The notes below the pieces were generated by a model. It was not told where the DNA came from. It searched no databases and saw only the letters and a list, made by a program, of their open reading frames with translations. From Seison nebaliae (Eukaryota), in contig JALJEE010003283.1 of the NCBI GenBank assembly GCA_023231475.1, positions 1 to 54,986 of the forward strand: a stretch of DNA of 54,986 nucleotides, given 5' to 3'. Position 1 is the stretch's first letter. Each line of letters opens with the position of its first letter. This document shows positions 47,231 to 54,986 of this stretch, in pieces. A program made the position numbers and the translations under genes.

Positions 47231-49822
47231 ATGAATAGATCTTATTGTGAGAATTCTTCTTTGCCTATGACGACGTCAACAACGACAACAGATGACGGTT
47301 TGAATGAGAGAAGTATGTATGAATTCGATAGTAATCGTCATATAAATTCGATCGATGTCGATGAATATGAACAATCGATAAACAGTAACAATAACAGGAA
47401 TGAGAAGATATGGAATGAATTCTATTTGAATAAGATGACGATAGATAATGAGATTCAACGATTTGAATCGGTCCATCCATTCATTTATTCGTTGAATGAT
47501 AAAATTGATTCGATTCAATCAAATCAATTGAATGGAAATGTTTTGAAAAGTCTGAGAGAATTGATCGTTCGAATTGAAGATACATTCGTCAATTCACCTG
47601 AATGGACTTTACCAAATAATACGATTCAAGTAAGATTGGCCATTTTGGGGGATGGTGAATCTGGACGAAGTGATTTCGTTTATCGTTATATGACGGGAAG
47701 AAATCCAAAAGAATTGAGATCACCAACACCCGAAGGTGGTCGATATAAGAGTAATATTCATTTAGATAATGATGATTGTCTGTTATTGTTAAGAGAAGAA
47801 GATGGTGCTCTCACACAACAATTAATTGAATGGTGTAATTCTATAATAATTCTTCAACGGTCCGATTTGTCTGAGACTAAATTAGTCGCATCGAATTATG
47901 TGAGAATGATTGAATCATATTCACAACAAACCAACAACAACAACAAGAACGGAAATGATATTTTAATTTATATTGTCAATTTGATGTATGATGAGAATCG
48001 ATTAAATCGAAATGAAAATGAAGAATTAATGAAAATTCGTAAATCAAATTTATTAAGAAATTGTTTTGAATGTGAAATTTTCATTGATTCAAAATCGATT
48101 AGACATCTCGTCCAAACCATCGTTTATGATACGATTGACCGAAATAAGAAGACATCGTCATATTATCCCGAAGAACAAATAATGGGAAAAAATTCAAATA
48201 ATTCACTTGCTCTAAACGAATGTGAAGTAATTCGATCGGGTTTCCTTTTCAAAAAAGAGAATCACAGTCTCTCCCAATGGAAAAGAAAGTTCGTACAGAT
48301 CACCAAATCTGGTTATCTTCTTTATGTGGCAGCTAACGAGAAATCATTACATGGAATGAGTGGAAATGTGAAGAAGATTGAATTGAATCGAACAATGCTC
48401 AAAGTGAAAGATTCATCGACTGATAAATCGAATTTCACTTCATCAGTTCCAATGATGAATCGGAATGATAATTCTGAAATGAAATCTTCTCGTCGTTTTA
48501 CTCTACTTCATGTGAATAATGATGGAACGAATTCATCAAAAGATTCGAAACATCTTCATCGTAATCAATTATTCACAACGAACAGTCGAATCAATTTAGG
48601 TAGAACATCGAAATTATATCCGTCATCTATCGGTTCATCCAAATTGGCGACAATGACCAATTGTGGAAAAGGATTAGATAATGGAAATAATGATGGAAAT
48701 AATCCGTTTATTTCCGATCAACGTCATCGACGACAGAAGAGTAGTGGAACGAATTCGATTGGTGGTGCAAATGAAGAATTTTATTTGACGTCGTCAGAGA
48801 AACGAGTGTGGACTTGGGCGACCGAATCGATAACTGAACGAAATAAATGGGTGGAAGCGATTCAGAGTGCCAAAGTGGAATCGTTAGTATCTGGTGATGT
48901 GAAAGATTCCCCATTAACATCCAAATTGACATTAGAAAATAAACAAAATTCTTTAAATAATCCACATTCATCTCCCGTCTCCAATTCCATCAATAATCAT
49001 TTCGTCGATTTAAGATTACTTCAATTAGATATGAAATTACTTCCAGGAAATGATCGTTGTGCCGATTGTGGAGCGAATGAACCGAAATGGGCGTCAATTA
49101 ATATTGGCTGTCTAATTTGTATCGGATGTTCGGGCGCACATCGTGCACTTGGAGTGCACCATTCTCGAATAAAATCCATCGAATTAGATGAATGGACGAT
49201 ACAAATGGTGGCGTTATTTTTTAGTTTTGGTGGTAATGATGAAGTGAATCGATTATATTTATATAAAACTCAATTGAAAAATTCAAATAAATATTCGGAT
49301 GTTCAACGACAAATGTTCATTCGAGAGAAATATGTTAATAAGAAATGGATGAATCTCATCTCTTCCAATCAAAAAATTCCCCAAATTATCGATGATATTA
49401 TTTCGTTGATCGATAAGAAAGATCCGGCACTTAATTCTTATCTCGTATGTTTAAGATATAAATGTTCGAATGTCAATACAAATCAACAAACGATTCCTCC
49501 TCGAGAGAAATTGGAGAATAATCTTCCCATTGTCCATGCCATTCAACACAATAATTTAATCGCGCTAATGCTCATCATTTTCTACTCATCCATCGATCAA
49601 TTATTAGCAACACTTCTTGGGACGAGAGAGAACGTTAAGAAACTGGACATTCTTGAGAGAATTCGAAAGAATTTAACAATTAACAATTCGGAACATTTGG
49701 CAATCGCCTTATTTCCATATTCTTCCCAATCCATTTCCAACATTCGTTGTATTCGAAATGAATATCATAAATTTTCCTTATATGATGGTTACCGTTCCAT
49801 ACTTGAAGGTGAAATAAAATGA
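47231..49822 (+). CDS. AGAP: AGAP / centaurin-gamma (GTPase-like, split PH, ArfGAP), intronless
   Basis: EIQRFESVHPFIY, IEDTFVNSPEWTL, SPTPEGGRYK, PH IRSGFLFKK..WKRKFV, ArfGAP CADC..PKWASINIGCLICIGCSGAHRALGVHHSRIKS. Confidence 0.93.
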   Translation: MNRSYCENSSLPMTTSTTTTDDGLNERSMYEFDSNRHINSIDVDEYEQSINSNNNRNEKIWNEFYLNKMTIDNEIQRFESVHPFIYSLNDKIDSIQSNQLNGNVLKSLRELIVRIEDTFVNSPEWTLPNNTIQVRLAILGDGESGRSDFVYRYMTGRNPKELRSPTPEGGRYKSNIHLDNDDCLLLLREEDGALTQQLIEWCNSIIILQRSDLSETKLVASNYVRMIESYSQQTNNNNKNGNDILIYIVNLMYDENRLNRNENEELMKIRKSNLLRNCFECEIFIDSKSIRHLVQTIVYDTIDRNKKTSSYYPEEQIMGKNSNNSLALNECEVIRSGFLFKKENHSLSQWKRKFVQITKSGYLLYVAANEKSLHGMSGNVKKIELNRTMLKVKDSSTDKSNFTSSVPMMNRNDNSEMKSSRRFTLLHVNNDGTNSSKDSKHLHRNQLFTTNSRINLGRTSKLYPSSIGSSKLATMTNCGKGLDNGNNDGNNPFISDQRHRRQKSSGTNSIGGANEEFYLTSSEKRVWTWATESITERNKWVEAIQSAKVESLVSGDVKDSPLTSKLTLENKQNSLNNPHSSPVSNSINNHFVDLRLLQLDMKLLPGNDRCADCGANEPKWASINIGCLICIGCSGAHRALGVHHSRIKSIELDEWTIQMVALFFSFGGNDEVNRLYLYKTQLKNSNKYSDVQRQMFIREKYVNKKWMNLISSNQKIPQIIDDIISLIDKKDPALNSYLVCLRYKCSNVNTNQQTIPPREKLENNLPIVHAIQHNNLIALMLIIFYSSIDQLLATLLGTRENVKKLDILERIRKNLTINNSEHLAIALFPYSSQSISNIRCIRNEYHKFSLYDGYRSILEGEIK

Positions 49823-52424
49823 AAAAAATCGAAACACTTTATTAACTTCTCCTAAAGAATTTTTAAAGGAAAATTTCCTCCCATATTTATTTCCACATTT
49901 GACACTTTCAACATTATTTTCTTTGTAAATAAAATAGAATAAATATGCACCATCAGACATTTTAGACTTATAATAAAATATAATATCATTTCAAAAAATA
50001 AATAATAATAATAAATAATAATATTTAAATTTTGTTTATAGTAAATATTAAACGGAACAATTAGTCGTCTTCAGAAAGGCATTAGGCAATCAAATAACTC
50101 TTCTCTTTTATCGACGTCCGTCTACCAATTAACATCTAAATCCACTTTCGTCGTTTATCTTCAAATATTTTATTAGAAAAGAATTGATGGCGATCCGCCA
50201 TCTATCTGGATACCATAACACATTCTACTCAACTAATTTCGGCATTTGAAACTTATCAATCATTCTACAAATTCGAATTCCTTTCGCTTTAGTGTTGATC
50301 GTATGAATGTTGTCGGAATAGTTTTCTATTCTTTGACATCTCATCTCGGATACATATGATCTTTTATACAGATTCCACACATGGATAGTCTGATGAAAAA
50401 GAATAACCACTGGACGATAGAGTGCCCATTCCAATTAGAAGAACATTATTATTCAATAAAATGGGAAAACGGGATTATTTCCATTTAATTGATTGAGTAT
50501 CTATTTACGAAACAGCTGTCAACTGACTAGACTCTCCGATTCAACTTCCACTAATTTCAAGTTACCGACCATATCTGTCAAGTCACCATCGCTCCCTCAA
50601 CTCAATGGAACAAGTGAATTATTGATAATTGTCTTCTAATGTCGAATGTAACAAATAGTCGTTACACTTTCCTTCCAACGATTGACGTTGTGTAATTGTG
50701 TGTTGATGGAATGAAATTAGAATAAACAGTTTCCAAACCAAAAATTTCTTCCACCTCCTCGTTAGGTCGAGAGAGTTCCCAAATTAAAATACATCAAAAA
50801 AATTCCAAAATATCAAACGATTATGTAAGAATCGCAAATTAATTTTAAATATATTTCTCTTCACGACAGTTCCGATTTGACTGTATCAGAGTTGAATGAT
50901 GAAATGAAGAAGAGAAATGATAAAATTAGGAAGAGAAATTGAGGATGATTTTGATGATGATGATACTGATGATGATGATGGTGGTGGTGTTGTGTGAATA
51001 TAGGTGAAGAAGAGAAACAAGTTGAAGAAGAATGAGAAAGAATTATTTATTGAAAGATGACGATGAATAAGAAAGGAGAAAGACTATTAGATACATATGA
51101 TATAATTAGCATTGTCAGTGTACCGTGGCATATCGCGTTCTACTTCATTGGAAGCGTTTATTAGCTTTCTCCATTACATTTTTCGTAGGGAATGGGGTAG
51201 ACGAGCTAGTCGCCCTCTCAGACAACACTAATAACAAAATTTAATATTTTGAGCAAGTTCTCCCTTTATCTTTCCATCTCTTTGAATATATTCAAATATC
51301 GTTTAATATTCGGTCGAATTTTTTTCTGATTCTTCAACAAGTTCCCTTTCTTTTCCATTTTTCCGAACGTATCGTTCCTTCTCTCAATTCTACTTTTTGT
51401 TTGCTCATTATTCTATCTAATTATTTCGTTGCTAATTCTCTTTTAACAGCTAATTCCAACTGTCGAATGATGCAGATGGGAATCCAGGTAACTTTTAGTT
51501 TTAGATGTTTTCTTTTCATCGTTCACTTCCCACACTATTCACTTATTGATTCGTTTTCTTCTGTTCCTCTGTCGTCATCTAATCTCCATTCCATTGGGAT
51601 CTGCTCTCCAACTATGTTCCCTAATAGTTTTTCTGTCATTCTGGAATTTGTGGAACGCAACGTCTAATTATTTCAATTCTCTTCCATTTCTTTAAGATTA
51701 AAGTGATTTGACAGATCTCAATTATTATCTTTTCAAATACTAGAAAAAATGACCATTCCAATTTCCAAATTATTAGAAAACTTTCCGAAATTTTCTCAGA
51801 ATATTTTTTCTGAAAAATAAATTTTCGATTATTCGACGGAAAATTTTCCGGATAAATAGGCGGAATTCTCCAATCAGAACCCTTCATTCTTTCATTCTAA
51901 TTTATTTATGAAATAAAGTTATTTTTCGTATGAACGATATGTGAATAAAGATGATGATTCGACAGGTTGGAAAAAGAGGTAAGTTCCATCTCAGTTACTG
52001 ATGGTAAATTAATCATCATGAAAGAGTGATTAGAAGTTCGGATGAATATAAACACCAAAATCATCGTCTTCGTTCCTGTAATTTATGTAAAATTTTATCG
52101 ACGTTCACACATCAAATTTTTCGTTTGACTTTTTATTTGGTATTGAAATAAGTTTAGCGGAACGATGTCAATCATAATTTTGTATTGTCATTTATCTTTC
52201 TATCAGATCTGGACAGTTGTGACGATCATTCGATTTATATGATAATTCTCCTAGATAATATTGATTAAATGAATAGGAGAATCAACTAACTTACAATCTT
52301 ACTAGTTCTGTCGTTGATTGTTTTGGAAGAGAAATTTAAAGGAGAATCATTTCATTCAATTCAATTCACTTCCTTCCAAACAAATCCCATCATATCTCCT
52401 ACTTTCTTGTATATTTATTGATTC

Positions 52425-53649
52425 ATGGGCTATCACACCGAGAAAACGAAGAAGACGACTGATTCTCGTGAATATTCACAAAATGGGAAGAACGCTCAAT
52501 ATGGCGAAGTGAATCAATTGGGTGGTCTATTCGTTAACGGACGTCCTCTACCCAATACGATTCGAGTTCAAATCATCAAACTAGCTCAATTAGGAATACG
52601 ACCATGCGACATCTCTCGTCAACTACGTGTCTCACATGGCTGTGTTTCAAAAATTCTAGCCCGATATCATGATACAGGTTACAAATTAAACTAAAAAACA
52701 GAATTTTTATTTAAATTTAATTTTTATCCTCAAATTTTTAGGTTCAGTTTTACCCGGAGCTATTGGGGGAAGTAAACCGAGAGTGACGACACCGAGAGTT
52801 GTGGCTAAAATCCGAGAATATAAACAAAGAGATCCCGGTATTTTTGCATGGGAGATTCGTGAGAAATTATTGAATGAAGGTGCATGTGATAAATATACAG
52901 TTCCATCAGTCAGTTCGATTAGTCGAATTTTAAGAAATAAAATCGGTCCTCTTTCTCAACCAACTTCCGCCAATTTAACCATGAACAATCCAACTGTTAC
53001 TTCATCGAATAATTCAAGTGTGATGCCAATGACAATTGATACAATCAATTCTACCCCATCTATCTTCAATCCCTTATGTCATATAGCACCGTTCATGACG
53101 AATAATCAGAATAGTAATCCCAATGCTCATCAATATCAAACGACGACGAATGATCAACAAAATCAAAATCCGATGAATATCAATAATTCGCCAACCGATT
53201 GTACTTCCACTTCATTCACCACCGACACCATACCAACAACAACAACGAGTGTGAAACATGAAAAAAATGAATCAGAATCAACCGTATCAGCTGATATGAT
53301 TCAACTACAAGAACGTGCCAATCATATCTATTCAACAATGATGATGGGTCATCTTTCTTACTTGTCGACGTTCCATCATTTACAACATCAATCTAATGCT
53401 GCAGCGGCTGCTGCCGTTCCACCAACTGCTCCGAATTATACTACAACAACTGAAATTAATATGAATCATTTAACGAATGATGGATCGATGTCATCTGAAA
53501 TGAATTTTAATGAAAATCGAGATATTAATTTACCAGCCTCCATACCACATTCCATTGCTCTACAACTCCAACAGAATTCAACTAATGATATCGATATGTC
53601 ATCCCAAGACTTATTCACATATTATCCTGTAAATTTCAGTTTTGTTTAA
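52425..53649 (+). CDS. Pax1/9: Paired-box transcription factor Pax1/9, 2 exons
   Basis: [78 protein letters not shown]; no homeodomain; intron 52678-52741. Confidence 0.95.
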
Positions 53650-54721
53650 AAAGGAAATCTCATTTCCCAAACTCAAAGAAACAAATATGCAAAGTTTAAT
53701 TTTACGAGAACTTACCGACTAACCAATTTCATACAAATATCTTCTCGAAACATTACTAGTAAGAAAGAATTCAACTAACAAAATTTTTATTCATTTTTCT
53801 AATCAGTTCTTTCTATTTTTCATATTTTTCTTTCATTCTTAATTATTCTCATGATACTTATTCTTTAATAAATAATAATATTATTCAACATTATTTCCGA
53901 CTTAATATATAAATTAATTAAACAAAAAATAAATTATCCTTACAAAGATATTTTAACGTTTTATTATTTATTATACTTAACCTTTTTTTGCAAAGGTTGC
54001 AAAAAAAGATAGATAGTTTACGCTTCAAAATTTCTGATATTTGTCAATGTTTAATATTTTCTTTCAAAATTATTTAGTACTTGAAAAATAGTTCTCCAGA
54101 AAATATATTCTAAACTTTTCCTAAATTAATTGACAGATAAAAAACAGAAAGAGACTTTTTGTCCAGAAATTTGAAACTGTCTTCATTTGTTCATAAAAGC
54201 GCAGAAATTTCATCCTTTGCTAAATGAGTTGAATAAGAAATATTAAAAAGAGTAACAGGCAATGTCAGGAGAATAGGTATCACCATCTTAAAATAAAGAT
54301 CGATATTTTGTCATATATTTAATGCGTTAAATACAATTATAATGTTAAAAAGGTAAAATTTTGGAGAAAATTGACAATTGAAAGATCAAAAATACCCACT
54401 TAACTTTCAAATGTCAAATATCACTAATTATTAAAAATATCAAATTGGGAAGAATAAACCAATTTTCGGATTTCTTTGCATTATAGAGATCAAAATTTAA
54501 ACTCAAATTACAGAATGACATTACTTTCCTTTTCGTTGTTCCCAACTTCCCATCCATGTTCTGGAACAACTTAAAAGGATAACCAGGAAAGAGAAGATAA
54601 CACAAATAAAAAGATAGGAACATGTGAGAACCGTGTTCAACAAAACAGAATGGAAAAAGTAATATGTTGGCGAAATCACGGTGTACCGTTCAAACTTCTA
54701 TAAATATCTTTATCTCTCTGA

Positions 54722-54986
<265 letters not shown>

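Noticed and set aside
50186..50202. GC-rich hairpin GATGGCG-ATC-CGCCATC and the nearby 69-aa ORF
   Set aside because: A 7-bp stem is expected by chance in 55 kb; no ncRNA or protein features recognised.

Overview
AT-rich, gene-dense nuclear DNA of a metazoan, most consistent with a compact-genome spiralian invertebrate (inference only; the species cannot be fixed from sequence). I reconstructed about 21 protein-coding genes by hand, many split by mostly 40-95 nt introns: OSBPL9-like (-), EXO1 (+), Pur-alpha (-), flavin monoamine oxidase (-), RBM25 (+), an atypical soluble guanylyl cyclase (+), a PLP/M6-like 4-TM protein (+), CACNB (-), Polyhomeotic-like (-), MTR3/EXOSC6-like (-), GNPNAT1 (+), an orphan class A GPCR (+), WDR49-like (-), AGAP (+), Pax1/9 (+), the 5' end of a beta-tubulin (+), and several orphans. 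No rRNA, tRNA, CRISPR array or transposase was recognised. The strongest signal is a divergent splicing code: in 10 conserved genes 50 of 56 reconstructed donors are GTT and 54 of 56 have a pyrimidine at +3, the two GTR donors flank a candidate 18-nt microexon, and about one acceptor in five is AAG. Also notable: two convergent genes whose stop codons overlap in one TTAA, two antisense orphan genes nested in one WDR49-like intron, and an O2-sensor-type, CAAX-ended, catalytically incomplete sGC. All exon boundaries and counts are manual and need RNA-seq confirmation.
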